Source: Felis catus (taxonomy: Eukaryota). Taken from it: a DNA stretch of 64,000 nucleotides. The notes beneath the pieces were generated by a model. That model saw only the letters and a program-made list of their open reading frames with translations. It did not search any database and was not told where the DNA came from. The stretch covers positions 163,496,001 to 163,560,000 of the forward strand of contig NC_058368.1 of the NCBI RefSeq assembly GCF_018350175.1, given 5' to 3'. The position numbers were made by a program, and so were the translations under genes. This document shows, piece by piece, positions 1 to 12,189 of this stretch; positions within the stretch are counted from its first letter, which is position 1; each line of letters opens with the position of its first letter.

Positions 1-179
1 GAGAAATGATTTTTGGCCCTGTACATACTTCATGTTATAAAGAAAACTCTGGGTGCCCTGGCAAAATTAAAACAAAATAAAATGTGTCTATTTTAGATCA
101 TAAATTGTATGGGAAATCACTAAATTTAAAAGAAAAAAAAGACCTTGTCTTTCATTTTTTCAGCTAAAAGGAATTATTC

Positions 180-640
180 TGTGCAGAGTATTGGGTTTGC
201 CACCACTCTCAACAATCCAGATCAATTTTTGGCCTTTCTTTCCCTGCTACTGTGCCCTAAGAGACTGACCCTTACAGACTACATTTATAGTTTTCTGATC
301 AGACTTGTCCAATGGGAGGTACCAGCAGGCAAATCAGAATGGAGAAGTCAGGATATTCGTTTCACAGGTCCTTCCTTGGTTTAGGCTGCAACCTTCTATA
401 ACTATACCTTCTGTTGAGTAGCCCATCCTCCATGTCTCTAGTTCTCATTAGAAGTCTATAACATCATTTCTTCTTGCTAATTCAGGGGTACTATGCCATC
501 CTTATTTCCTGCTGTTACTAATCTCCAGGTTCCATGTTGATTTCCCGCACCCTGTTCTTATGTCTTTATAGAGGAGCTTCATTAAATTTTCTTCAAATTC
601 CCAGCCAAATGTATCTTCTATTTCCTACCAGGGCTCTGAT
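180..640. mobile_element. Old ERVL LTR remnant (LTR33-like)
   Basis: ctgtgccctaagagactgacc...ccaatgggaggtaccagcagg resembles the LTR33 consensus as recalled. Confidence 0.45.
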
Positions 641-1169
641 ACAAATACATAAAGTTTTGATTTCTAAAAATAATACGGATGTTTACTGACCACTAGAAGA
701 TCTAGGGAGGAGGCTACAAGAGAATGCTACTGCAGAGAGAATGTTAGAACAAAAAAGAATAGAGTGTGCCTAGGAACCCATGGCTTAAATAGCCTATTAA
801 GTGTCTTCCCCTATGATATATCACTTTCCACATTCAATAACTATGTTTCTGATCTTTTCATAACTTCCAGTGAAAATATCAGTACATTTATAACATCTTT
901 TAATCTTGGGTTAGCATGAACTATAAGCCATTTTTAAAGGCAAAGTTTCTGCAAAGCTAATTCTGTCCTCTCATAACCTAAAAAACAAGTTAATTATCTC
1001 TGTAATGTATTATAAAACAGTTTGTTCTAAGTTTATTCACTTTCAACTAAATATTAAGTATATGCATTTTTCATTTTATAACAGATAGCTATATCCCAAA
1101 ATCAAACAAATGTAACTTATTACAGTTTCTAAAAAATATCAAAAATGAATGGATCAGGTTTTAAGACTT

Positions 1170-1650
1170 ACTAATAAGGATGGACAAATACGTCACTGCA
1201 ACAGAACAAGGAGTCCAGAATTAGATCCACATGTATACAATCAATGTACAACAAAGGCATAAATAAATACAAAGCGGGGAAGAGAAAGTCTTTTCAATAA
1301 ATGATGCTGGAAATATCTGCTATATGTACGGGGGGGGAATGAATCTTAACTACTTACATCTTCCACAAACTTAATTCCAGATAAGTCACAAACCTAAATA
1401 TGAAAGGTAAGTTATAAAGTTTCTGGAAGAAAATATAGGAAGATCTTCAAAACCTTGGGATATGTAAAGACTGCTTAAACAGGACACAAAAATCACTATT
1501 CTTAAAAGAAAAAAATTATAACAAATTGCACTTCATCAAAATCAAAGCCTGTTCAAGAGGAAAGGAAAGTTAATCCACAGACTGGGGGAAGATATTTTTA
1601 ATATATATATCTAACAAAGGACTCATACTCAGCATATATAAAGAACTTTA
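1170..1650 (+). mobile_element. Degraded L1 ORF2 3' fragment
   Basis: L1-like phrases agtcttttcaataaatgatgctgg and ctggaagaaaatatagga. Confidence 0.7.
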
Positions 1651-2212
1651 AGACCTAAAAACTGAGAAACCACTTGAAAAATACATATAAGCAGAATAAA
1701 ATAATCTTTTTATTTTATTCTTACATAATTACAATTACTTATAATGGCATGCATGCACTTGCTAGTCAGTGTACAAATTCTCAAAGCTTGCAATCAGATT
1801 AGGCACTGCTGGCCTCATTTCCTCTTCCACATTGATTTTCATGCAGTATTTGCTTTATTACCACAGCAACCATCTAAAAAACCAGTTTTGCAAAGATATC
1901 AAGAAAGCAATGTAGTGTGACCATATGTTGAAACTGTGAACTACCTCAGACTAGTAGTCCACAAGAGATCTGATAGATGTTGAGTACAGCTGTGCTTCTT
2001 TGAAAGCTTAAAATATTCCATGGCATCCTGTCAATTAACTATGATGTCCAGGAAAGCTTTGGCACACAATTTGAGAACCGCGAGTTAAAGCATTTAACAA
2101 GTAAACACAAACTAGATTTATTGAGTTAAATATCTAGATGTTAAGTAAGGAAAGGCTGTAGACTGAGAACAGTGATTATATATATATATTTATTTTGGTT
2201 GTTGTGTGAGTT

Positions 2213-2241
2213 CTTTTTCTTTCTTTTTTTAATGTTTACTT

Positions 2242-2292
<51 letters not shown>

Positions 2293-2459
2293 CATGTGTA
2301 GGGGAGGCGCTCAGAGAGCGGGAGACACAGAATCCAAAGCAGGCTCCAGGCTCTGAGCTGTCAGCACAGAGCCCGACACGGGGCTTGAACTCACAAACCG
2401 TAATATCATGACCTGAGCTGAAGTCAGACGCTTAACTGACTGAGTCACCCAGGTACCCC
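2213..2459 (-). mobile_element. CanSINE (SINEC) with (GA)n
   Basis: Reverse-complement SINEC body caggctccaggctctgagctgtcagcacagagccc; (GA)n ~2247-2286. Confidence 0.93.
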
Positions 2460-2491
2460 AGAACACTGATATTTATTAATTATAGGTTCAT

Positions 2492-2706
2492 GGGGCACCT
2501 GGGTGGCTCAGTCAGTAGACTGTCCAACTTCGACTCAGGTCATGGTCTCCCAGCTTGTGAGTTGGAGCCCCAAGTCAGGCTCTGTGCTGACAGCTCAGAG
2601 CCTGGAGCCTGCTTCGGATTCTGTGTCTCCCTCTCTCTCTGCTCCTAACCCACTCGCATTCTGTGTCTGTCTCTCTCAAAAATAGACATTAAAAAAAAAT
2701 TTTTTT
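2492..2706 (+). mobile_element. CanSINE
   Basis: ggggcacctgggtggctcagtc head; TSD taattataggttcat at 2477-2491 and 2707-2721. Confidence 0.95.
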
Positions 2707-3571
2707 TAATTATAGGTTCATCAGAGGTACAGACTGAAAGTTTTTGTCAAATGTTTAACTGGAGCCAAAGAAACCTGGCAGATATCAATGTTAATACTAA
2801 GTTCTATAAGTATATGACAGAAAGCACCTATTAGATCAATCTCTTATTTCTGTTCTCTAAGCACTTTCCAAATAAAGAAAAAAAAAAGCAAGAGCTAATT
2901 TCATAGAAGAATAAGATTTCTTATTTCATTTTCTCTTTCAAAGTTAATTTTTACACTTTTAAAACATACACCTTTCTTGGTGATACGTGTTTCTAGCTTC
3001 CAGAAAAAAAAGTTCATTGAAATAAGGCTTTCTAATGTGAAAGACCAATTTTATTAACAGAAGGCTTACTATATTTCATATTTCTATTCTCTGGTATCAC
3101 ACTAATATAGAAAAGGATACTAAAAGTATATTTAATTTTCAAGAAGTAAGGAAATATGAATAAATTTTTGAAAAATTAAATATACCACATGACAAATGTA
3201 AAAATTAGATCTTTGACTGTAGAACACAGTAGGTTACCACTAAAACGAAGGCCAGAGATTATGATTCAATCTCACACTTTCCAGATAAGGAAAATAACTT
3301 CAGGTGGTTAATTTAGATAGAAATTGGTAAATTATAATATTCAACAACGGAAATACATTATTCCTTTCTGAAATAGCATTAAAAAATCCCCATAGAAGCT
3401 TCTGTCTTAGAATCTAGAATGCTGGAACAAGAGCCCTTCCCATCCTAATAATGAGAAAAAGCTGGGTAAACTTCCTAAGATGTCAGTTCTCCTCAAAGTG
3501 ATCTACAAAATCAATGCAACACAATCAGAAACCCAGTCAGCTCTTTTGTAGAAACTGACAGGCTGATTCTA

Positions 3572-3700
3572 TTTTTTTTTTTTTTTTAACGTTTATTTAT
3601 TTTTGGGACAGAGAGAGACAGAGCATGAGCGGGGGAGGGGCATAGAGAGGGAGACACAGAATCGGAAACAGGCTCCAGGCTCTGAGCCATCAGCCCAGAG
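3572..3700 (-). mobile_element. 5'-truncated young SINEC_Fc-like SINE
   Basis: Perfect 16-nt TSD tgacaggctgattcta at 3556-3571 and 3701-3716. Confidence 0.93.
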
Positions 3701-4092
3701 TGACAGGCTGATTCTAAAGTTAAATAGAAAACCAAAAAGACTTAGAATAGTTAAAAGAAGTTCAAAAAACAAGGATATAGTTGAAGAATTTCACATTACC
3801 TGGTTTCAAGACTTCCTTTAATCTATAGTAATCAAGACTGTGGTATCAGAAAACGATAGCCAAAGATCTATGGAACAGAATAGTGTCCAGAAACAACCAC
3901 AAAGAAATGGTAAATTAATTTCTGGCAAAGATGCCAAGAAATTCAATAGAGAAAGGATAATATTTACAACAAATGATGCTAGAACAACTAAGCACCCATA
4001 TGAAAAAAGATGAACCTCAATTCATAACTTGCACCATGTGTAAAAAGCAATCCCAATGGGTCATAGACCTAAATGTAAAACCTAAAACTACT

Positions 4093-4318
4093 GGGGTGCC
4101 TGGGTGGCGCAGTCGGTTAAGCGTCCGACTTCAGCCAGGTCACGATCTCGCGGTCCATGAGTTCGAGCCCCGCGTCGGGCTCTGGGCTGATGGCTCAGAG
4201 CCTGGAGCCTGTTTCCGATTCTGTGTCTCCCTCTCTCTCTGCCCCTTCCCCGTTCATGCTTTGTCTCTCTCTGTCCCAAAAATAAATAAAAAAAAAAAAA
4301 CGTTGAAAAAAAAATAAA
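4093..4318 (+). mobile_element. Young SINEC_Fc-like SINE
   Basis: CpG-intact gtggcgcagtcggttaagcgtccgacttcagccaggtcacg; TSD taaaactac. Confidence 0.95.
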
Positions 4319-6226
4319 TAAAACTACAGAACTGCTAGAAGTCAACAAAAAAGAAAATCTTGGTGAGCTTACATTAGCAATGATTTCCAGAGAGCAAATA
4401 AAAAGAACCATCCATAAAAGAAATAATTTAAATTTTACGAAAACAGCAATCTCAGCTGAGAGAAAATATTTGTAGTACACACATATAATAAAGAACTTAT
4501 GTCCAGAATTTGAAAAGAACTCTCAAATCTGAATAAGGTAATGATCAATCCAACTAAAAAATGGGCAAAAGATTGAACAGACATTTCATTAAAGATGACT
4601 TGCAAATAAACAGGTGAAAACATGTTCAACACAATTAGACAATTAAAAAAATACAAATAAGAACTAAGATGCTACTACACATCCATCAAAATGGCAAAAA
4701 ACAACAAAAAAGAAACAAAACCTGACAATACTAAGCACTACAAAGGGTACAGAGCATTGCTGGTGAGAATAAAAAATGGTGTAAACATGTTTGAAAACAG
4801 TTTTAACTAAAGAGAAATTATATGTTCATACAAAAATGTGTATGTGACTGTTTCCAGAAGCTTTATTCCTAACAGCTAAAATCTGAAAATGAACCAAATG
4901 TTCATCAGTGGGTGAATGGGTAAACAAATTATGGTAGATCCATATGATGGAATTGATAAGGAACATCGATAAGGAACAAACTAAAAATCTACTTAATAAT
5001 AAGGATGAATCTCAAAAATCATTATGCTAAGTAAAAAAAGTGAGACACAAAAGGCTACACACTATATGCTACTGTTTATACAATATCCAGAAAAGCCAAA
5101 ACTATAGGAACTACAGGAACAGGGAACAATTTTTTTTTTTTTAAAGGAGAATTCTCTAAATAACTGCAAAAGCAATTTTTAAAAATTGCAAACATTTATA
5201 CAGTGTTTTACTGTGATGATCCTCTCAACATCCTGTCAAGTAGGTACTAGTTGTATATCTACTTCACAGATAAGAAAATAGAGGTTCACAGACATTATCC
5301 AATTTGTACAAAGCAACATAGTAAGTGCAAGCACTAGACGTTTGCAGCTTGTTCTATGTTGCTTCAAATTTCCCGTTGGCTTTTTTTCCCCTGCTACACT
5401 AATAACTGAATTATTGTCCTCAGATTTAATAATTCTTGGCTCAGGCCTCCGCTAGAAAACTTATAAAATACTTTTTAATTAATAATTCAGGTTATATATG
5501 AGAAAGCCATATTAATTTTTAATCATTTCACATGGTTTGGGACACAATGGACATTCAACTATTTGTAAATGAATAAAGAATTATTTGCTCTTCCTCATAG
5601 GAAAGATAGCACTGAATTAAAAAAAAAAAAAAAAAAGAAAAGGACACATGTTCCAAAGATAATTGTTATTTCACTTTGGAAAACAATACTTCACTTGCAT
5701 ATCTATCGCACTCCGAGAAGGGTGTGTCTAATAAGTCATGACTTTTAGGGGTCAGAATTTCTGGTGTAAGAGCTACCTAAGTCCCAGTATCCACATATGA
5801 AAAAAGAAAATAATACTTATCCCTCCTTCTTCATAAATATCAGGATAAATGAGATTGAAAAGACTTGGAAAGTCCTTTGCAAATAGTCAAGCAATATACA
5901 ATTACTGTTAAAACATTTCACTATTATCAGCCACATCAAGCTGTTCAAAGTAGTAAAGAACACTTTCTTTTCTCAAAAGCTTTCCTTACAAGTAAAAAGA
6001 TTGAAATTCTTGTCTCTTCACTTATGGTGATTAATGTTTTATGGCAATGTTTGTTTGTTGTAATGCTAACATCAAAACCCAGAAGACTCAAGAGTTATTT
6101 AATACATTATAATGAGTTTATAGTCTAATGGGGTTCACAAGCTTAAATACTTAAGAAAAATCAGTTCACAAAAAGGAAAATCGTGTAAGTTAGGTTAAAG
6201 TTTGCTCTTAATATCTGGCATTTATA

Positions 6227-6450
6227 GGGGCGCCTGGGTGGCTCAGTCGGTTAAGCGGCCGACTTCGGCTCAGGTCATGATCTCGCGGTCCGTGGGTTCC
6301 AGCCCTGCGTCAGGCTCTGGGCTGGCAGCTCAGAGCCTGGAGCCTGCTTCAGATTCTGTGTCCCTCTCTCACTCTGCCCCTCCCCTGCTCAGGCTCTGTC
6401 TCTCTCTCTCTGTCAAAAATAAATAAACATTAAAAAAAATTTTTTTTTAA
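6227..6450 (+). mobile_element. CanSINE
   Basis: Full head, CT tract and A tail; TSD tggcatttata. Confidence 0.95.
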
Positions 6451-7887
6451 ATTGGCATTTATACACAAGAGTAACTCAAAGAACCAGTAGTTTTTTCTTG
6501 TCAAAGTACACTCACCATGTGATCCCTAAAAACCATCCAATTGAGTAGAGAATATAAAGAAAACGGCTTTAAACCGTAATATTAGAACAAACCTAAATAT
6601 CTTCCTATACCCAAATACTGAATGAAGGTATCGTTTACAGGATAGAATTAAGTGGTTTAAGTTATAAGAATGAAGTTTAGGACTTCTTTAAATATGTTCT
6701 TATTTTTAAGAATTTGTGTATTAAAAAAAGTAGGAATGAGAAAAGGAGGTGAAGGTGGCTGACTACAACTTCTAATTTTGCAAGAGGAACTGTCGGGATC
6801 AAATTTGGTTGAGCTTTAACACTATGTCCCTAATACAACGTCAAATAAAATCAGTAAGTACCTGTGTAAATACTTATTACTTAATTCCTTTAATCATTTT
6901 ATTTTGTGTGCAATAAAATGAAGTGGTTAAGTATCACTTTAAATAAAATTAGGATTGGACAAAACCCATCAAGGCTACCAATTTAAGCCTCCAAAAAGTT
7001 GTTAAATGCATGTGTTCCACCTTAAAAACTTAAAATCTGTAACATTTCAATGAACATGTGAACTTGTGATCATTATTTTTACTTCTGCGTTAGTCTACTT
7101 TAATCTCTGACAAAAAGAAAAGCATAATTTTACGTAAAGACTGGGAAATCTAATTACACCAGGCACTTCTAATCTGATTCAACCTATAAATTGGTTTTAA
7201 CAAAAAATGCCTTCATCCCTATATGCATACACATGAAGCCACATGTGATAAGTGAATTTCCATTTTGAAAATTATTTCTCCACTTTAGTTCAGAAAAACT
7301 CATTTAAAGGAAAAGTCCACAGAAATAAAGTGTATATTTTGCCTTTAGAACTACGGGACAAGATTGTCCCTTGAATTCGCGTCTCTCCCCGCCACAGGAG
7401 ATTGTAATTTGGGGCGAAAGGCGAATATTTCAGATTAAATGGCAACTATGATAAAGTAAGTAGGGAGACTTCGTTCATGTCAGCCAACTGCCACGGTCAA
7501 TTTTTGAACCTGCTCCGACTCTCGGAGGCTATTTTAACTATTAGAGAGCATTTCCAGGGAAGTTTAATGGCTCGTTAATCAATTCTTCAGGGCAAGGTCC
7601 AGCTAAATTTAACAAAAGCAGGAAGACCATCAAGTAAAACTCGGTTACACAGACTAGGCACCTTTCCACGCCTGACAACAAAACTCGCCCCTTTTCCACT
7701 CAGCGGGCGCGGGACGCCGTAACGCCCAAGCAAGGCCCTCTCGCCCCAAGAGCGCCTGCGCAATCTCCACAGTCAATTAAACCCTTTCTTAAACTAGTCG
7801 ATAGAAATGGTTTTGAAATTACTGTCAGGTGATGCCTCACTTTAAAAATCATCAGACATAACAAAGCATACCGGGACGACCACTCAC

Positions 7888-7970
7888 CGAAAGTGGTCCT
7901 AAAAGCAAACGACAGGATTTAAGCTTCCTCTCGCGACTTATCTGGTGCTGCCGGAAGCGGAACTACCCGT
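7888..7970 (-). other. GIN1: Probable GIN1 non-coding exon 1 (5' end approximate)
   Basis: Minus-strand donor TCG|GTGAGT (cactcacc at 7881-7888). GIN1 is recalled as the head-to-head neighbour of PPIP5K2 in mammals. No GIN1 coding exon was recognised in the window. Confidence 0.7.
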
Positions 7971-8199
7971 GTCTTTAAGAGGTGTGTGCTTTTGAGGGCC
8001 GTGCGGACCGTTTGGCAATTGCCGGAAATCGTTCCGCCCGGTGAGATTTCTTGGTGAGACCCGAGGCGGGCGGGGTGAGGCGCGACCGAGATAAGGGAGG
8101 TGGTGTAGTGCTTTGCAGAACCTCTGCGTGGCCCTTCATCTGCTACTGTAGAGAGGAGACTGACGTCCTACCTAACAGCTGTAGTCTTTTGACGAACAC

Positions 8200-8291
8200 C
8201 TCACTCCTGTCTCCGGCATTAAAGGGGAAACCGAAGCCCGAGTGGGCTCGGCTATCTCCTGCAGCTCGCGTGGCTACTGCAGCGGTGGCAG
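8200..8291 (+). other. PPIP5K2: Probable PPIP5K2 non-coding exon 1 (start approximate)
   Basis: Strong donor CAG|GTGAGG at 8291/8292 inside the CpG island. An alternative donor CCG|GTGAGA lies at 8040/8041. Confidence 0.6.
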
Positions 8292-9084
8292 GTGAGGATT
8301 CCGGGACCGGAGGAGAACCGAGTTGCCGAACCCGGTCACCGAGGCCGCTGCCGGGCAGTTGCTTTGTCTTCTGCGCTTTGCGGAGCCCAGACACGCGCTC
8401 TTCCCAGGGGCGTGTGCCAGAGCGAAAGGCGGCGTGGGCGAGGAAGGAGTGACACTACAGCCCTGAGGCGCTTTTCGCGTCTGGATTTCTTCTTCTCTTC
8501 TACTGCCTCCTTTTTTTATTTCTTGGGTTTGAGATACACGAGATTTCAGCCCAGCCAGAAGGGAACTGCCGAGCGCCTAAGCTGGTACTCTAGCCTGTGG
8601 GCTCGCTCCACCAAAGTAGGCAGCCTCGAGTTTGGGGACTGCTGTGGGTCGAGATCGCTATTCTTGTTTTCATTCCTCCGTCTTTGCCCCTTTTCTCGCC
8701 GCCTGCACCCCCACTTCAAGAGAACAAAAAGGCCCTTGGGTTGCAGCTTTCCAGAATAAAAACGGAGGCTGCATGTCTCTGCCTCACCTAATCAGTTCGA
8801 GTGTGTTGCACCTCGCGCGCTTGGAGGGAGAAGGAACGAGGGTGGCGACCATTGTATCTCATTTACTAGTTTATGGACGGCTTCTGGGAGTTTGCGACCT
8901 TTGAATTCCTATGGGTGATACTTGCCTTGATCTAGTGTGCTGGGAGGCTTAGCTGGGGAAGTAGGAAGCATGGCTGGCTTTAGCACCTAGCATCCTTGCC
9001 CGACGCTGGGATAGGGTATTGTTTTGCTGTTGAAAATTCTTCAATGAAAAATACAGTTTTTGTTTCAGGCAGATTAAATATTAA

Positions 9085-9310
9085 AGATAGCCGCCATTGA
9101 CTGAGTTCTTATGTGTGCCAGGTGCTTTACATATGTTCTCATGTACTTCTCTCAACAATTCCGTGATGTATGTTAGATTATTCGTCTCATTTTCCAGAGG
9201 TAGGTACTGAGGCTTGGAGAGGTCACTTAACTCGTCCTAATAAACTTTTGCTACTAGTAAACGTTTGAACCTCTGTTAGAAACCAGATTTTTCAGGTTCC
9301 AAAATCTGTA
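9085..9310. mobile_element. MIR remnant
   Basis: tatgtgtgccaggtgctttacat...actgaggcttggagagg, the MIR core. Confidence 0.65.
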
Positions 9311-10284
9311 TTATTGACTGTTACTATTGTCTTACCATTGTGCTTCGTTGCTTCCAGTTACTTCACTAACATTTTAAGTGGTTGAAAGTATTCATTAAAA
9401 ACAAATTCAGTGTGCCTATTTATGTCTGACGAAATGATCTCTGTCCTCATGGAGCTTTCTTGTTCTGATGCAGAAGTAAATAGTTTAGAAACCAAAACAC
9501 TGACTGTAGCATGGGTTTTTTTTTTTAAAGCGAGTGATTAAACTGGCATGCAGAAGGTTCAGAGTTGTCCAGTCAAATCTTGCCATTTTGGGTTTTAAAC
9601 TCCTATGACTTTCATGGTAGTTGTGAGGATATTACACTTAGCGTTGACAGCAGCATTGTCACCATTCACAGCAATGTTTCCATCCGGAAAATGCTTTTGG
9701 GGTTTCAGGAAAATTGGTCATGTGTCTGTTTAGACTGAGCAATAAGAGCTGAGGGTCCTCAAGAAAGACGGACTTCTGTACACTACATAGGACTGATGGA
9801 TGATCCAAGTTGTCATTTTAAGGATTAAGTAGCTTACATTTGGGGAGAAGATGAGTATTTATTCCAGGCAGTAGTGTTCATGACAGTCTGAAGCAGTGTG
9901 GTAAGACTAGAAAACATGTAATGAGGTCTCCAGCAGAAGCAGTGGCAAAGAGGAGTTTCTGTGGCTTCATTGCAAGGGCAGTAAATAGGTACATTCTAAA
10001 CTAAATTGTCTGTCTTTGTTCTGTGCCAGTTAAGTTAGATCAGGAATATCTTTTTTAATTATAAAAGCCAATAAAAGAAACACCTCACATTTACTAAATG
10101 TTTACCCTGTGCTAAATTGCTGCTTTGGCATTTAGTTTTCAAAATAATGTATTAAATTTATCACAGTTTACAGATGGTGGCCAGAGAGGTTCAGTAGCTT
10201 AGTTAAGGATACAGATCTGAACAACTATTAGAAAAAGCTTTCTAACCCACTTTTGTCAAAGTCTAGAACAATGGTTCTCTCTCC

Positions 10285-10458
10285 TTTTTAAAAAAGTTGA
10301 TTTCTTTTGAGAGAGCACGAGCAAGCGGGAACCTGAGCAGGGGAGGGGGCAGAGAGAGAGAGAGGGAGAAAGAGAATCCCTCCTTGGGGTCGTGAGATCA
10401 TGACCTGAACTGAAATCTAGAATCTGACACTTATTAGACTAAGCCATCCAGGCGCTCT
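10285..10458 (-). mobile_element. Internally deleted CanSINE
   Basis: gagatcatgacctgaactgaaatc...aagccatccaggcgc; degenerate TSD tagarcartggttctc. Confidence 0.8.
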
Positions 10459-10461
10459 TAG

Positions 10462-10613
10462 AGCAGTGGTTCTCAAAGTGTGATTACCAGGCCAGCAGCA
10501 TCAGCATCACCATGGAATTTTAAAAATGCAGAGTATTGGCTCCCACTTTGAGACTTTAGTATTTTACCAAGCCCTCCTGGTGATTCTGATGTGTGATGAA
10601 GTTTGAGAACCAC
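10462..10613. mobile_element. MER5A-like hAT-Charlie DNA transposon
   Basis: Terminal inverted repeats cagtggttctcaaa...tttgagaaccact; internal accagg...cagcagcatcagcatcacc. Confidence 0.8.
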
Positions 10614-11835
10614 TTCCTTGAGTGTGGATACTTTAGTAGCATGGTACTTTACAATTTATAAATCGGAGTTGAGTAGCATTTGTCTTTTGAACAAGTATTT
10701 CTACCTTTTTAAATCACAAACTGTTTTGAATTTCATAACACCGTGCAATTTTAATTTGAAAATTGGATACAATGATGCCTGCCTAGGTACACTAGGGTTT
10801 CAGTATTTAATAGGGAGCCACCAATTAAACTAGAATTACATCTTTAGAAATAAGAGTTTTGGAGTTACACTTTACAGTTTTTTTTTATCTAACATACACT
10901 CCCAACTCTTAAGAATATTTGATCAAATAATTTATTATATTACCAGTAATCCAATGAATTATTTGATATATAGTTTCATCTTGGTCAGTAATTAGTTTTA
11001 ATGTGACCAAGGAACAAGTAAGTACATGTAAACAACTTTGGTAAAGAATATTTTGAGATATCACTCTTACATGAGACTTCTTGAACTGATTTTGATAGAC
11101 ATCTGTTTATGTGGAAAGCTTGGGTGTCAATCACATAAAATTTTTGCAGAATTTGTTACACTTGTACATTTTTTTTTTTGAGGAGAGAATCCATAGATTT
11201 TTATTAGTTCAGCCAAAGAATTTTTGACTTCTAAAACTTCAAAAGCTGCTGTTAAAATGAAATATTTTCTTTATTCTCATTTTATTGATATTTTTTGAGA
11301 CTAGAATGCAGAAAGGTTTTATTCCCTAAAAAAGATAAAAATTTAAAAAAGCCTTGTTTGCAAGTTGAACTTTCAAGTTAAAACCTTTTAAAAATTGATT
11401 TAATGAGTTTTCAAATTGATTTATAGTTGTCAATGGGTTTTAAATTTACATTGCATTTTATCTGGGTTTTTTTGCCCCCAGATATTGATCTGTTCAGATA
11501 TTACTGAACTGTGTTGCAAAGGAATTCAACTTTTAATGGAATTTTGTTATAATTTGAATAATTTTCTCACTTATTAGATATTTTTGGACTTAAAGAATTT
11601 ACTGTGTATTTTTATTGTTACTGTCTTTTTGTTATTTTTGAATCAGTTTGTTGAATTGTTAAAATGTAGATTATTGAATATCAAAGCCTAATTTTTTAAT
11701 ATCATGGAAGAAAATGTCTTTGTATTTGAAGGTATGCATCAAATTACTGGTAATGATTTTACAAGTATCATTTTACTTTTACATGAATGTTTTTGAAGTA
11801 CAGTCTCCAAAATTAATTTTTTCATTGTATTTTAG

Positions 11836-12075
11836 GTAGAAAGATTGTTGCATCGACTCACTGAAGCACTAAGCCTCTCTCTTTTAAACTTCATCAACAA
11901 ATGAAGCAATGATATCTGAGAACAGAAGAACATTTGCCAACTAACTGTCATCACAATTTCAAGTGATTGTAAAAGCAAAAACAAGCTGCAACAGACCTTG
12001 TATAGTAGAGAGAGAATGGTTTATTTAAAAGCAATTTTAGTATAGTGCTTTATATCTATATCAAATGAAATAAAA
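11836..12075 (+). other. PPIP5K2: PPIP5K2 exon 2, 5' UTR part
   Basis: Acceptor ttttttcattgtattttag| ending at 11835, upstream of the ATG at 12076. Confidence 0.7.
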
Positions 12076-12189
12076 ATGAGTGAAGCCCCCAGGTTCTTTG
12101 TTGGGCCTGAAGATACAGAAATAAATTCAGGAAATTATCGACATTTCTTCCACCATGCAGATGAAGATGAGGAGGAAGAGGATGAGTCT
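12076..12189 (+). CDS. PPIP5K2: PPIP5K2 exon 2, coding c.1-114 (MSEAPRFF...EEEEDES)
   Basis: ATG at 12076; donor TCT|GTAAGT; phase 0. Confidence 0.96.

Larger units (their letters stand above)
3470..5110 (+). mobile_element. Old L1 (ORF2 3'/3'UTR) interrupted by two SINEs
   Basis: L1-like phrases tacaaaatcaatgcaa, atagacctaaatgtaaaacctaaaacta and aaatgggcaaaagattgaacagacatttc. Confidence 0.8.
7690..8900. promoter_or_regulatory. CpG island / bidirectional promoter (GIN1 - strand, PPIP5K2 + strand)
   Basis: Only CpG-rich non-repeat stretch in the window. NRF1 consensus GCGCCTGCGCA 7752-7762; TCTCGCGA 7929-7936; ETS/GABP CCGGAAGCGGAA 7951-7962 and CCGGAAAT 8022-8029. Splice donors point outward on both strands. 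Confidence 0.88.

Noticed and set aside
3973..4480. 114 and 130 aa ORFs
   Set aside because: Read-through of degraded L1 and a SINE.
1..7887. GIN1 coding exons
   Set aside because: No integrase-like reading frame recognised on the - strand; the region is mostly repeats.
8051..8904. Overlapping 64-155 aa ORFs on both strands
   Set aside because: Expected stop-codon scarcity in a GC-rich CpG island; no recognisable protein; several start at non-ATG codons.
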